Shown here: piece after piece, positions 9,438 through 20,379 of the stretch | Layout: the number at the start of each line of letters is the position of its first letter | How positions within the stretch are numbered: position 1 is the stretch's first letter | Assembly: GCA_024403055.1 (NCBI GenBank) | Contig: JAKSSO010000001.1 | Location: 13,478 to 77,477, forward strand | Direction of reading: 5' to 3' | Source of the DNA: Mogibacterium sp. | GTDB taxonomy: Bacteria > Bacillota > Clostridia > Peptostreptococcales > Anaerovoracaceae | Length of the DNA stretch: 64,000 bases | The notes under the pieces: model-generated | The model's input: only the letters and a program-made list of their open reading frames with translations | What the model was told of the DNA's origin: nothing | Database searches by the model: none | Program-made: the position numbers and the translations under genes

Positions 9438-11519
9438 TTGAAAAGAGGACGTGGAATAATCACCTATCTTTTGATTTTCGCACTGGTTTGGGCAGGCGTT
9501 TCCTTCGCAAGAACTCTCAGCCAGGAACCAACCAAGGAAGTCAAATTTTCTCAGTTTACCAATCATCTTGGTAAAGGTACATATGAAAAGATAAGTATTA
9601 ACGACAGAGAACTTGCCGGAACGACCAAGGAAGGCGAGATCGAGATCGCTTACGCACCTTCGCTGCTCGAGATCGACTGGATGGAGCAGAACATCCTTTA
9701 TCCGATGCTGGAGGAAGGCAAGATAACACTGGAAAGCAAACGACCTGAGAGTCAGTATAGCCTGATCAACATGCTGCCTACTATTCTCATGATTATTGCC
9801 ATGGGCTTCCTGCTCTACTTCATGATGAGTCAGGGCGGCAACAAGCAGGCGTTCCAGTTCGGGAAGAACAGAGCAAAGCTATACAGAAATACAGGTAAGG
9901 CTATCACATTCAAGGATGTTGCAGGTCTTGAAGAGGAAAAGCAGGAACTTTCAGAGATCGTTGACTTCCTGAAGAACCCTGCAAAGTATACCAAGCTTGG
10001 CGCAAGGATACCTAAGGGCGTGCTTCTGGTAGGCCATCCGGGAACAGGTAAGACATACATTTCCAAGGCAACAGCCGGAGAGGCAGGAGTACCGTTCTTC
10101 ACTATCTCCGGATCTGATTTCGTGGAGATGTTCGTCGGAGTCGGCGCATCCAGAGTAAGAGACCTTTTTGCAGAAGCTAAGAAGAATGCACCGTGCATCG
10201 TGTTTATCGATGAGATCGACGCAGTAGGAAGACGCAGAGGCGCAGGACTTGGCGGCGGAAATGATGAGAGAGAGCAGACACTCAACCAGCTCCTCGTCGA
10301 GATGGATGGTTTTGACGGCAATCGCGGTATCATCATTCTGGCAGCAACCAACAGGCCTGACGTTCTTGACCCTGCACTGCTCAGACCGGGCAGATTCGAC
10401 AGACAGATCGTTATCGGTATGCCGGATATCAAGGGAAGAGAAGAGATATTCAGACTTTATACCAAGAACAAGCCTCTTGATAAGGATGTTTCACCTGAGA
10501 TCCTTGCCAAGAGAACACCTGGTTTCTCGCCTGCAGATATTGAGAACCTCATTAATGAGGCAGCACTTCTGACTGCAAGACGTAACGGAACCAAGATCAG
10601 AATGGATGAGATCGAAGAGGCGACTACCAAGGTAATGGCAGGACCTCAGAAGAAGTCCAGAGTTATCTCTGATGCGGAAAAGAAACTGACAGCATATCAC
10701 GAAGCAGGACATGCCATTGTTATGAGGGCAACTCCTAATTCGGATCCTGTTCATCAGATAACTATCATTCCTAGAGGAATGGCAGGCGGATTTACAATGT
10801 GGCTGCCTGAAGAAGACAGATTTTTCGAGACAAAAGGCCGCATGGTGGATACAATCAAGCATCTCCTTGCCGGAAGAGTTGCAGAGGAACTCAAGCTTGA
10901 GGATATTTCCACAGGTGCAAGCAACGACCTGGAGAGAGCAACTGAGATCGCAAGAGAGATGATCACAAAATACGGTTTCAGCGAGAAGCTGGGTCCTGTA
11001 TCCTTCAGTTCAAATGATGAAGTATTCCTTGGAAGAGATTTCTCAACAAGACAGAACATCTCCGATGAGGTCGCTTCCGAGATAGATCACGAGATAAGAG
11101 ATCTGCTTGAGTCGTGCTACAAGGAAACAAAGAAGATCCTTAACGATAATGATGAGGCTTTCGAAAGAGTTGCTCAGGCACTGCTCCTTGTTGAAACTAT
11201 TGACGGCGATCAGTTCGAGAAACTCTTCACAGGTGAGGTCACACCGGAAGAGCTTGCAGAGGAGATCGAGAAGGAAAACAAGGCTATCGAGCGCAAGAAT
11301 AAGAAAGAAGCTGCTGAAAGTAGAAGACTCGAGGAGAAGGCTCGCAAGGAAGCACAGGAAAAGCTTAGACAGTTTGAGCATGATTACGGCGAGAACTATG
11401 TGAACCGTGACATGTACAGAGAGCTGGAAGAACAGAAAGCTGACGTTGAAGAAGACAGAGTCGGATACGAAGAGTATAAAAGAGCAACAGCAAAAAAAGA
11501 AGATAAGGACGAAGACTAA
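9438..11519 (+). CDS. ftsH: ATP-dependent zinc metalloprotease FtsH
   Basis: AAA+ Walker [12 protein letters not shown] region, zinc site HEAGHA, two N-terminal TM segments. TTG start with AAAGGAA upstream. Confidence 0.97.
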   Translation: MKRGRGIITYLLIFALVWAGVSFARTLSQEPTKEVKFSQFTNHLGKGTYEKISINDRELAGTTKEGEIEIAYAPSLLEIDWMEQNILYPMLEEGKITLESKRPESQYSLINMLPTILMIIAMGFLLYFMMSQGGNKQAFQFGKNRAKLYRNTGKAITFKDVAGLEEEKQELSEIVDFLKNPAKYTKLGARIPKGVLLVGHPGTGKTYISKATAGEAGVPFFTISGSDFVEMFVGVGASRVRDLFAEAKKNAPCIVFIDEIDAVGRRRGAGLGGGNDEREQTLNQLLVEMDGFDGNRGIIILAATNRPDVLDPALLRPGRFDRQIVIGMPDIKGREEIFRLYTKNKPLDKDVSPEILAKRTPGFSPADIENLINEAALLTARRNGTKIRMDEIEEATTKVMAGPQKKSRVISDAEKKLTAYHEAGHAIVMRATPNSDPVHQITIIPRGMAGGFTMWLPEEDRFFETKGRMVDTIKHLLAGRVAEELKLEDISTGASNDLERATEIAREMITKYGFSEKLGPVSFSSNDEVFLGRDFSTRQNISDEVASEIDHEIRDLLESCYKETKKILNDNDEAFERVAQALLLVETIDGDQFEKLFTGEVTPEELAEEIEKENKAIERKNKKEAAESRRLEEKARKEAQEKLRQFEHDYGENYVNRDMYRELEEQKADVEEDRVGYEEYKRATAKKEDKDED

Positions 11520-13090
11520 TGAAGATAACAGTTGGAGATTGTCTTAAAATGGATGCCTTCAAGGGATGCAGTGTTCTGACAGGCAGGAAGCACATGGGAC
11601 GTCGCGTCCGCACTGTTTCCGTGCTTGATGAAGACGATCTGAACATGGGCGTAGAGAGAAACGGTGTGAAGGACCAGATGGTCATCACGCATCTGTGGAA
11701 CAGCAGAAATGACATAGATGCACAGGTCGTAGCCGTAAGAGCTCTCGGTGCCAAAGGCATAGCTGCACTGGTAATATATCTCAATGACAGAGGCATCAGG
11801 AGTGTGGATGCAGATGTTATTGCTGCGGCAGAGGAATCCGGACTGGTCATCATCACAATTGATGATGACGGAAGTGTTACTTATTCCATGCTGATTGAGC
11901 AGGTATTTGACAAGATACTCTACGGACACAACTATAGTGATAACATCCTGAATAATACCATTTACCATCTACTCAACTTTGAGAAGCACAGCAGTTTTCC
12001 GGTCGCACTTAAGAAGGCGGCAGTAGCTAACAACTATCAGTTTGTTCTCATGACAGAGGAATTTAATCCTATTCTCACTATCGAGACCAGACATATCATC
12101 TCGATCGATGACGCCATCAGGATGGCAAGACAACAGGATGCTTTCAAGCCGGATGTTTTTTCCAAGGTCAATATCGAGGGTATCGTGACTTACTGGGGCT
12201 ATATCAACATAGAGGATAAGAAGTATATCCTTGTCATTGTTGACAATGATGATAATTACTCAGCTACTGAGATGAAGAAACTGGCTGAGATTATTGAGCT
12301 GGCTATCGGAATGTGGAAATATACGCCGGAAAGAGATTCCCGCGCCGAATTTATCAAATCGGCAGCAAGAGGCGACCTGTCATTCTGCTATACATTGCTT
12401 GAAGAGGCAGGTCTTAAGGGCATGCAGTTCTCGAGCATAGTATATGCAAGGTCTATTATCGACGATTCCTTCTTCAATATTCTTGAGAGATACAGGAATG
12501 AATACGGATTTAATGTTCTGTATCATCATGACGGAGTTGATGCGTACTGCATCATATATGACGAAGCCGGCGTCGAAAGAGGCGTTGAGATCAAGAACGC
12601 CTGCCTTGACATGTACGAGGAGTTGAAGAGCGGACGTAAGGATATAAGGATATTCCATGTTACCGGAATAGAAAGACTTGATGCCGTTACAGAAGGTTTC
12701 AAAATGATAAACAAGACATCGGCATATGTTGAGACTATTTTCCCTTATAAAAGGGTCTTCTCCAAGTATGAGATGGCAACTGCGTGCGACTGTGTAAGTC
12801 TTTCAACGAACGGATTCGCAGCAAAGAAGATATATCTTGATCTTCTCGAGCCGTTCGAAAGAGAAGTATCTGAGAACAAGGGAAAGATGCTCCTTGACAC
12901 ACTGGCAACATTTGTCCTTGATGCAGGAATGAACAGCAACAAGACAGCTGAATTCATGCAGATACACAACAATACTGTTCAGTACAGACTGAAGAGGATC
13001 AATGAGATACTTGGTGCCGACATGACTGCCAACAGGATCATACCGGGTCTTACAATGGCACTTGCACTGAAGAGACTGGAGGTAATGTAA
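11519..13090 (+). CDS. PucR/CdaR-family transcriptional regulator
   Basis: C-terminal PucR-type HTH (NKTAEFMQIHNNTVQYRLKRINEILG) with a long N-terminal sensor-like region. Confidence 0.75.
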   Translation: MKITVGDCLKMDAFKGCSVLTGRKHMGRRVRTVSVLDEDDLNMGVERNGVKDQMVITHLWNSRNDIDAQVVAVRALGAKGIAALVIYLNDRGIRSVDADVIAAAEESGLVIITIDDDGSVTYSMLIEQVFDKILYGHNYSDNILNNTIYHLLNFEKHSSFPVALKKAAVANNYQFVLMTEEFNPILTIETRHIISIDDAIRMARQQDAFKPDVFSKVNIEGIVTYWGYINIEDKKYILVIVDNDDNYSATEMKKLAEIIELAIGMWKYTPERDSRAEFIKSAARGDLSFCYTLLEEAGLKGMQFSSIVYARSIIDDSFFNILERYRNEYGFNVLYHHDGVDAYCIIYDEAGVERGVEIKNACLDMYEELKSGRKDIRIFHVTGIERLDAVTEGFKMINKTSAYVETIFPYKRVFSKYEMATACDCVSLSTNGFAAKKIYLDLLEPFEREVSENKGKMLLDTLATFVLDAGMNSNKTAEFMQIHNNTVQYRLKRINEILGADMTANRIIPGLTMALALKRLEVM

Positions 13091-13905
13091 TGCTGCTGGC
13101 TATTGATGTAGGTAATACCAATATTGTTTTCGGTATCTTCAATGATGAGACCATGCTGGAGAGCTGGAGACTGGCAACAGATAACAAGAGATCAGCAGAT
13201 GAGTATGGAATACTTTTTGACATGATGATCCGTCAGGGCGGTTTTGATCCTGAAGATGTGGATGACATCATCGTTTCGTCAGTTGTTCCGTCCCTTCTCT
13301 TTACTTTGCAGCACATGTGTCTGAAATATTATGATAAGACACCTATCGTGGTTGAGACCGGCATCAAAACGGGTCTCAAGATAAAATATGATGATCCGAG
13401 ACAGATCGGTGCGGACCGTATCGTTAATGCGGTAGCTGCATATACGAAATACGGCGGCAACCTGATCATTATCGATTTCGGAACAGCAACTACTTTCTGC
13501 TGTGTAACAGCGGAGGGAGACTTTATCGGAGGCGCCATTGCGCCGGGCATGAAAACCAGTGCTGCAGCACTATTCGAGCATACAGCCAAGCTGCCTAATG
13601 TAGATCTTGAGATCCCGGGCAGATTCATATGCAAGAATACGACAGAATCAATGCAGTCCGGACTTATCTACGGACACATGGGGTTCACCGAGCACATGGT
13701 AAGCGGAATGAAGCAGGAGATGTGTCAGGAACTCAACTGCGATCCTGAGGACATCAAAGTTATCGCTACAGGAGGCATGGCCACGATGGTAGAGAGCGGT
13801 GTAGCCTGCATCGATGTCATTGACAGAAGACTTACACTTGATGGCCTGAAGATCCTGGCAGATAAAAATAAGGGCCAGAACAAGAAGAGAGTTCTGCAGG
13901 ATTAG
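13090..13905 (+). CDS. coaX: Type III pantothenate kinase
   Basis: MLLAIDVGNTN start, IGADRIVNAVAA and IIIDFGTATT motifs. Confidence 0.95.
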   Translation: MLLAIDVGNTNIVFGIFNDETMLESWRLATDNKRSADEYGILFDMMIRQGGFDPEDVDDIIVSSVVPSLLFTLQHMCLKYYDKTPIVVETGIKTGLKIKYDDPRQIGADRIVNAVAAYTKYGGNLIIIDFGTATTFCCVTAEGDFIGGAIAPGMKTSAAALFEHTAKLPNVDLEIPGRFICKNTTESMQSGLIYGHMGFTEHMVSGMKQEMCQELNCDPEDIKVIATGGMATMVESGVACIDVIDRRLTLDGLKILADKNKGQNKKRVLQD

Positions 13906-13908
13906 CGG

Positions 13909-14901
13909 ATGACGGATAATAATAAAAGTATCAGAATAGCCGGCGTTGAGATCGCAAGTCCATGGATACTGGGACCTCTGGCCGGCATAACAGATGCGTC
14001 CATGCGTACCTTATGTGAGGAGCAGGGCGCTTCACTCACATATACGGAGATGGTCAGCTCCAAGGGGCTGTACTACGGAGACCGCAAGACACCCGAACTG
14101 ACTTATATTCCTGAAAATGCAGGACCGACAAGCATACAGATATTCGGAAGCGAGCCTGATATCATGGCGGTGGCCGCAGAAAAGCTCAACGCTCTCAGGC
14201 ATTCGTTCCTTGATATCAACATGGGATGTCCTGTTCCAAAGGTCGTCAGAAACGGTGACGGTTCCGCACTGATGCAGGATCCGGAACTTGTATACAGGGT
14301 AGTTCGTGCCACAAGCTCTGCTTCGGACAAGCCCGTGACGGTCAAGATAAGAGCGGGATTTACCCTCGAAACGATCAATGCTGTTGAAGTTGCTCAGGCA
14401 ATTGAGTCGGGCGGAGCGGCGGCAGTGGCTGTTCACGGCAGGACGCGTTCACAGTACTATAGCGGTAATGCAGACTGGAATGTGATAAGAGAAGTAAAGA
14501 ATGCCGTATCTATCCCGGTGATCGGCAACGGAGATGTGTTCTGTGCGGAAGACGGAATGAGAATGCTAGGGGAGACGGGTTGCGATGCTGTAATGATAGC
14601 ACGTGGAGCACTTGGAAACCCATGGATATTCCGAGAACTGGATGCAGCATTCAAAGGTGAAACGATCCCTGAATCGGCAGACCCTGCAGAGAGGATAGCT
14701 ACCATGCAGAGGCATCTGGACATGCTTCTTGAACTTAAGGGTGAACGAATCGCCATTCCTGAATTCAGGAAGTTCGTTGTATGGTATTCCAAAGGACTGA
14801 GAGGCGCTGCACAACTGCGCAGAGACGTCAATCATATAGAAAGCGCGGCAGAATTTAAGTCCGCATTGGAGAAATGGGTAAAAGAAGATTTAAATCTTTA
14901 A
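13909..14901 (+). CDS. dusB: tRNA-dihydrouridine synthase
   Basis: LAPLAGITD, DINMGCP and VHGRT motifs. Confidence 0.93.
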   Translation: MTDNNKSIRIAGVEIASPWILGPLAGITDASMRTLCEEQGASLTYTEMVSSKGLYYGDRKTPELTYIPENAGPTSIQIFGSEPDIMAVAAEKLNALRHSFLDINMGCPVPKVVRNGDGSALMQDPELVYRVVRATSSASDKPVTVKIRAGFTLETINAVEVAQAIESGGAAAVAVHGRTRSQYYSGNADWNVIREVKNAVSIPVIGNGDVFCAEDGMRMLGETGCDAVMIARGALGNPWIFRELDAAFKGETIPESADPAERIATMQRHLDMLLELKGERIAIPEFRKFVVWYSKGLRGAAQLRRDVNHIESAAEFKSALEKWVKEDLNL

Positions 14902-16256
14902 TATGTGTATTGCTTGTGGCAGTAATGATGGCCTTGCTTGCCGGGTGTACGACATGGGACAGTTTCAGGCACACTTTTTTAGATGACACTGCAGGTGTTG
15001 GCGGAAATGTTATACATATAGGAGTGTTTGAACCAACGACAGGACGCTATTCTGATGCGGGAAATGCTGAAGTAAAAGGCATAGAGCTAGCTAACAGTAT
15101 TTACAGCAGTGTTAACGGATACAGGGTCGAGCTTGTTAAGGTAGATACACAGTCCTCGCCGGCCGTTGCTGAAACAGCAATACAGAGTCTGATAAAGATG
15201 GGCCCTGTAGCGATCATAGGAAGCAGCGGAGAAGCTACTTCGCTGATAGCAAGCAAATATATCACTGAAGCCAGGATACCGACGATCACTCCTTCAGCAA
15301 CCAATCCTCTGATCACTCAGAACAGCGGCTATTATTTCAGAGCCTGCGTTACGGAGTCTCAGATGGGTGCCGGTGCGGCAGAATTTGCTTTCAGCGAACT
15401 TGGATCAAGACATATCGGACTGGCGACAGGCAAAAATGATACTGCTGCGACAGCTCTTATCAACGGCTTTGATGACAGGATCACAACGCTTATCAAGAAT
15501 GAGAACAAAAAAGCGAAGACTGATGAAGACAAGCTAAAGAAGAACGACGTTGTTGTAATGCAGGATGAGATCGTCTTTGATGAGGACGGAATGAATAAGC
15601 TCGCCTCAGACATGAGGAAAAACAATGTTGACGTGCTGTACATCTCCCAGGGGACTGAGACTATGGACAATTTCTTTACTCTTGCAGAGAAGAAGAATCT
15701 GACTAATATTACATACATCGGCAACAGCAGCTGGAGTAATCCGGAGTTTATCGAGATGATGGACAGACATCCTAATATTAACGTCATATTTCCTTATGAA
15801 GCGGCACTTGATGACAGGAATGAAAACATGACTGAAGAGGCTGACAGGTTCAGGATACTGTATCAGAACAGATACGGCACAGATGACGAGCCAAGCAGCT
15901 ATGCGGCACATGGTTATGATTCATATCTGCTACTCATCAATGCGATAAGCAATGCTAACTCGCTTGAGGGTGCAGACATAAGAGATGCCATGCTTGAACT
16001 GAGCGGAGTAGAAGGATCGACCGGAAAATTCGAATTCGACAGAAGTGGAAACACGATACGAACAGTAGACTTCTATACGATACGTGGCGGTGAACTTGAG
16101 TACAGATATACTACTCAGACAGCAACCGAGTCCATGGATATAGAGGATATCGGCTCACAGGAAGACCAAGCGGTCGACAAGAAGAAAAAGAAAAAGACTG
16201 TCAACAGACTTAGCGAGGAAGAAGCTGAGAAGGTATATATACCTAAGGTGGAATAA
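14874..16256 (+). CDS. ABC-transporter substrate-binding lipoprotein, LivJ/Peripla_BP_6-like (orphan)
   Basis: Signal peptide with lipobox LLAGC. IGVFEPTTGRYSDAGNAEVKGIELA is typical of branched-chain-amino-acid-type binding proteins. Lys-rich tail. Confidence 0.75.
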   Translation: MGKRRFKSLICVLLVAVMMALLAGCTTWDSFRHTFLDDTAGVGGNVIHIGVFEPTTGRYSDAGNAEVKGIELANSIYSSVNGYRVELVKVDTQSSPAVAETAIQSLIKMGPVAIIGSSGEATSLIASKYITEARIPTITPSATNPLITQNSGYYFRACVTESQMGAGAAEFAFSELGSRHIGLATGKNDTAATALINGFDDRITTLIKNENKKAKTDEDKLKKNDVVVMQDEIVFDEDGMNKLASDMRKNNVDVLYISQGTETMDNFFTLAEKKNLTNITYIGNSSWSNPEFIEMMDRHPNINVIFPYEAALDDRNENMTEEADRFRILYQNRYGTDDEPSSYAAHGYDSYLLLINAISNANSLEGADIRDAMLELSGVEGSTGKFEFDRSGNTIRTVDFYTIRGGELEYRYTTQTATESMDIEDIGSQEDQAVDKKKKKKTVNRLSEEEAEKVYIPKVE

Positions 16257-17689
16257 TGAAATACAGAGAAAAGCTCAAAGAATACAGAGCGGACATGATA
16301 AAAACACTTGGCGAATCTGTCGCCTTCAGAAGTGTTGCGTCGGACGCTGTCAGAGCCACGGGTGGAGAGGTGCTGCCGTTCGGACGCGATAATTATGAGT
16401 CGCTCCGTCACATGCTGACAGTCGGAAAAGAAATGGGTTTTGACACCTGCAATGCAGAGAACTACGGCGGACATATTCAGTTTAAAGGAACGGATGCCGA
16501 CTCAGACAGAAAATGCTTCGGCATTATCGCGCATCTTGATGTTGTTCCTGAGGGCACAGGCTGGGATACGAAGCCGTATGAAATGACAGAAAAGGACGGC
16601 TGTCTCTACGGCCGGGGCGTTGCAGACGACAAGGGGCCAGCTGTAGCATGCCTCTACGCAATGAAGGCCCTCAAAGAATCAGGCATTGAGCCTAAGATGG
16701 ATATCAGACTGGTACTCGGACTTGACGAAGAGACCGGAAAGGCCGGGATGAGACGCTATATTGAACTCGCCGGAGAGCCGGATCTGGGTTTTACCCCGGA
16801 TGCAGAGTTCCCGCTTATCAACGGAGAGATGGGAATACTCATCTTTGATGTTGTGAGAAAGCTCAACAGACAGAACGGAAGAGAAGGCCTGAGACTTACC
16901 AGACTTGAAGCCGGCTCGGCACCGAATGCAGTTCCTGGGACAGCAAAGGCTGTACTGGCAGGAGATACTGCAGTCTACGACTCCATAAAGGAAAGCCTGG
17001 CACAGTATATTCTTGAGACCGGATATGATATCAGAGGCAGAAAACAGGGTTCATCCTATGTGATCGAGACCGTCGGACATGCTGCTCATGGTGCGTGGCC
17101 GGAACTGGGACTCAATGCAATAAGCATCATGATGGACTTCCTCGGAAGGATCAGGTTCGGAAATGATGAACTTAATGAGTTTATTGAATTCTACAACAGC
17201 TGCATAGGCTTTGATCTGCATGGAGAGAGGCTGGGATGTGCACTGGAGGACGATCCGTCAGGAAAGCTGATACTTAATGTCGGAATGGCAAATTTCAGTG
17301 AGGATCTCGCTCAGCTGACAGTAAATATCAGATATCCTGTTACATGCACAGACACTGAAGTATTTGAGGGTATCGAAGAAAAGCTTGCGGACAGCAGTAT
17401 CGGTATTGTCAAGAACATGCATGACGGTCCTGTCTTCATGGACATGGATAACCCGATGGTGCAGCAGCTGATCGATACTTATCGTGAAGCGACCGGAGAT
17501 AACGAGGCAATGCCTGTCGTTATCGGAGGCGGCACCTATGCAAAGATGTTTAAAAATGTACTTGCTTACGGAGCAATGTTTCCGGGAGAAGAGGATACCA
17601 TGCATCAGCCTAATGAAAGGCTGAGTCTGGAATCATTCTTCAGTATGGCTGAGATATACGCAGATGCTATATACAAGATCTGCTGCTGA
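16256..17689 (+). CDS. pepV: M20-family dipeptidase (PepV/Sapep type)
   Basis: IAHLDVVP, GRGVADDKGP and LGLDEE metal-ligand motifs. Confidence 0.85.
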   Translation: MKYREKLKEYRADMIKTLGESVAFRSVASDAVRATGGEVLPFGRDNYESLRHMLTVGKEMGFDTCNAENYGGHIQFKGTDADSDRKCFGIIAHLDVVPEGTGWDTKPYEMTEKDGCLYGRGVADDKGPAVACLYAMKALKESGIEPKMDIRLVLGLDEETGKAGMRRYIELAGEPDLGFTPDAEFPLINGEMGILIFDVVRKLNRQNGREGLRLTRLEAGSAPNAVPGTAKAVLAGDTAVYDSIKESLAQYILETGYDIRGRKQGSSYVIETVGHAAHGAWPELGLNAISIMMDFLGRIRFGNDELNEFIEFYNSCIGFDLHGERLGCALEDDPSGKLILNVGMANFSEDLAQLTVNIRYPVTCTDTEVFEGIEEKLADSSIGIVKNMHDGPVFMDMDNPMVQQLIDTYREATGDNEAMPVVIGGGTYAKMFKNVLAYGAMFPGEEDTMHQPNERLSLESFFSMAEIYADAIYKICC

Positions 17690-17693
17690 TAAT

Positions 17694-18110
17694 ATGACTG
17701 AAAGAATACTGAGAAATGAATCTGATACCCGTGCGTTCGGACTGGAGCTTGCTGAAAAGCTTCAGCCGGGCGATGTGATCGCGCTTGTCGGGGACCTCGG
17801 CACAGGTAAGACTGCTTTGACTAGATATATTGCAGAGGGACTTGGAGTGACTGAGACGATCAGCAGTCCGACATTCACGATCGTAAAGGAATACAGCAGC
17901 GGCAGGATCCCGCTGTTTCATTTTGATGTGTACAGACTTTCAGACGGAGGAGAGCTTCTGGATATCGGAGCAGACGAGTATCTGAATGGCAATGGCGCAT
18001 GCATTATTGAGTGGGCTGACATCGTTGCAGATGTACTGCCTGATGATGCGATCGTAATACAACTTTTATATGGGGAGAATGAAGGCGAGCGTATCGCCGT
18101 GATTGGATAA
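17694..18110 (+). CDS. tsaE: tRNA t6A37 biosynthesis ATPase TsaE
   Basis: GDLGTGKT P-loop, SPTFTI and HFDVYRL motifs. ATG 17694 follows the pepV stop. Confidence 0.93.
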   Translation: MTERILRNESDTRAFGLELAEKLQPGDVIALVGDLGTGKTALTRYIAEGLGVTETISSPTFTIVKEYSSGRIPLFHFDVYRLSDGGELLDIGADEYLNGNGACIIEWADIVADVLPDDAIVIQLLYGENEGERIAVIG

Positions 18111-18859
18111 TGAAAATTCTTGCATTGGAAACAACAGGTAAATACGGATCGGCAGCTGTGATCGATGACGAAGGCAGAGTCTTCAGCGCTGCATCAGAAG
18201 GAGAGATGAATCACCTTAAAGATGTTATCATTATAAGTGAGTCTGCACTTGATGCGTCGGGTACTGATAAGAAGGAGCTGACGCATGTTGCGGCTTCTGC
18301 CGGACCGGGATCATTTACGGGAATAAGAATAGGCGTTACTACAGCAAGGACGATCGCACAGATGCTGGGTATCCCGTGCGTGGCTGTATCTTCGCTTGAG
18401 GCCATGGCCTACAATGCAGCAGAAGCTGCCGCTGAGCAGAACTGTGATATCATAGCGGCTGCCATCAATGCGAGAAGACACCAGACTTATGCCGGCGTGT
18501 GGAAACTCGTTAACGGAGAGCTCGAGTTGCTGTTCGAGGAGCGACAGTACATGATAGAGGAACTTCTGGAAAAGCTCGATGGAATGAAGGTTTTCTTTGT
18601 TGGTGACGGAATTGATGCATACGGGGAACTGATCCGTAATGCAGAAGGGCTCATGCGCTGTGAATTTGCCGATGAGGATATAAGATACCAGTCTGCGGGT
18701 CCTGTTGCGGAACTGGCGCGCAGGACGGTCCTGAATGGCGAGGAACTCGAATATGAGAAGCTTTTGCCTGATTACATGAGGTTAAGTGAGGCGGAGCAGA
18801 GACTGAAAGAAGGAACTCTCAGTGATAAGATCAAGCAGCTCAGAAGTGCAAAAAATTAA
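18110..18859 (+). CDS. tsaB: tRNA t6A37 biosynthesis protein TsaB
   Basis: ILALETT start and GPGSFTGIRIGV motif, located between tsaE and rimI. Confidence 0.92.
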   Translation: MKILALETTGKYGSAAVIDDEGRVFSAASEGEMNHLKDVIIISESALDASGTDKKELTHVAASAGPGSFTGIRIGVTTARTIAQMLGIPCVAVSSLEAMAYNAAEAAAEQNCDIIAAAINARRHQTYAGVWKLVNGELELLFEERQYMIEELLEKLDGMKVFFVGDGIDAYGELIRNAEGLMRCEFADEDIRYQSAGPVAELARRTVLNGEELEYEKLLPDYMRLSEAEQRLKEGTLSDKIKQLRSAKN

Positions 18860-18860
18860 C

Positions 18861-19337
18861 ATGTCAGACCTGGTCATCAGGCGTGCCTCCAAAGAGGATG
18901 TTCCCGTACTGGTCAAGATAGAGCAGCACACATCGGCATGCGCGTGGTCGCAGACTTCGCTTGAGGCAGATGTGGAAAATGCTGAACGAGCTGTAGTTCT
19001 GGTCGCAGAGCTCGAAGGCGTGGAGACCGGCGGGGATGAATTTTCATCGTCAGTCATCGGATACACCGATGCGTGGCTGGTCGCTGGTGAAGCGCAGATC
19101 AACAATATCGGTGTTTTAGCTCCGTATCGCAAAAACGGAGTAGGTGAGGCTCTGCTGATGAAGCTGATGGAGACATCTCGTGCGGCAGGGTGCACGATCA
19201 TGGATCTGGAGGTCCGCAAGAGCAACAGACCTGCAATTAAACTTTACGAGAAACTCGGATTCGTGAGAGACGGTCTGAGAAAAGCATATTATGAGGATAA
19301 CGGCGAGGATGCCGTATTGATGAGTGTCAGATTATGA
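18861..19337 (+). CDS. rimI: Ribosomal-protein-alanine N-acetyltransferase (GNAT)
   Basis: GNAT motif YRKNGVGEALL and conserved tsaB-rimI-tsaD order. Confidence 0.85.
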   Translation: MSDLVIRRASKEDVPVLVKIEQHTSACAWSQTSLEADVENAERAVVLVAELEGVETGGDEFSSSVIGYTDAWLVAGEAQINNIGVLAPYRKNGVGEALLMKLMETSRAAGCTIMDLEVRKSNRPAIKLYEKLGFVRDGLRKAYYEDNGEDAVLMSVRL

Positions 19338-20350
19338 AGGACGGAAAGTTCATTACATTAGGAATAGAATCAAGCTGCGATGAGACTGCTGCTTCGATAG
19401 TTGCTGACGGCAGGGAACTGCTCAGCAATGTCATAAGCTCGCAGATCGATATTCATACGGAATTCGGAGGCGTTGTCCCTGAGATAGCATCCAGAAAGCA
19501 TCTGGAGAACGTTAACTGGGTCATCGAGAAAGCGATCGCTGATGCCGGATGCACCACGGAAGATATCGACCTCATCGGAGTAACGTACGGACCGGGGCTT
19601 GTCGGGGCACTTCTGATCGGAGTTGCCGCTGCCAAAGCGATGGCTTTTGCATGCGACATTCCTTTGGTGGGAGTCAATCACATGCACGGTCATGTTGCTG
19701 CGAATTACCTTGAACATCCGGATCTTGAGCCACCGTTCATGGGGCTTGTCGTATCCGGGGGACATACAAATATCATTTTTGTAGAGGAATACAACAGCTG
19801 CAGGAAACTGGGAAGCACGAGAGATGATGCTGCCGGCGAGGCATTTGACAAGGTCGCAAGAGTGATAGGCCTGGGATATCCGGGTGGTCCTAAAGTGGAT
19901 AGAGCAGCAAAGGGAGGAAACAGAGACGCCATCGCATTCAAGAGAGTATATCTTGAACAGGGAAGCTATGATTTCAGCTTCTCGGGACTCAAGACTCAGG
20001 CTCTGAATTACCTGAACACCGAGAGGCAGGCGGGGCGTGAGATAAATGTGAATGATGTTGCGGCAAGCTTTCAGGAAGCTGTCGTGGAAGTAATAGTAGA
20101 TAAAGCCATTGCAGCGGCTCTTGAGTATGATCAGAAGAGGATCGTAATGGCGGGCGGTGTTGCATCGAACAGTAGGCTGAGAGAACTTATCAGCGAACGT
20201 GCTGCAGAGCATGACATCGAGGTGCTGAGACCGAGTCCTGTATTGTGCACGGATAACGGAGCCATGATCGCAAGTGCTGCATATTACGCGTATAAGAACG
20301 GAGAACGCTCAGGCTTCGATCTGGATGCTGTACCGGGCCTGGAGTTTTAG
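19334..20350 (+). CDS. tsaD: tRNA N6-adenosine threonylcarbamoyltransferase TsaD
   Basis: GIESSCDET, HMHGH and GPGLVGALLIG motifs. Confidence 0.96.
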   Translation: MKDGKFITLGIESSCDETAASIVADGRELLSNVISSQIDIHTEFGGVVPEIASRKHLENVNWVIEKAIADAGCTTEDIDLIGVTYGPGLVGALLIGVAAAKAMAFACDIPLVGVNHMHGHVAANYLEHPDLEPPFMGLVVSGGHTNIIFVEEYNSCRKLGSTRDDAAGEAFDKVARVIGLGYPGGPKVDRAAKGGNRDAIAFKRVYLEQGSYDFSFSGLKTQALNYLNTERQAGREINVNDVAASFQEAVVEVIVDKAIAAALEYDQKRIVMAGGVASNSRLRELISERAAEHDIEVLRPSPVLCTDNGAMIASAAYYAYKNGERSGFDLDAVPGLEF

Positions 20351-20379
20351 ACTTTGGAGAAAGAGTAAAAGACAGAATC

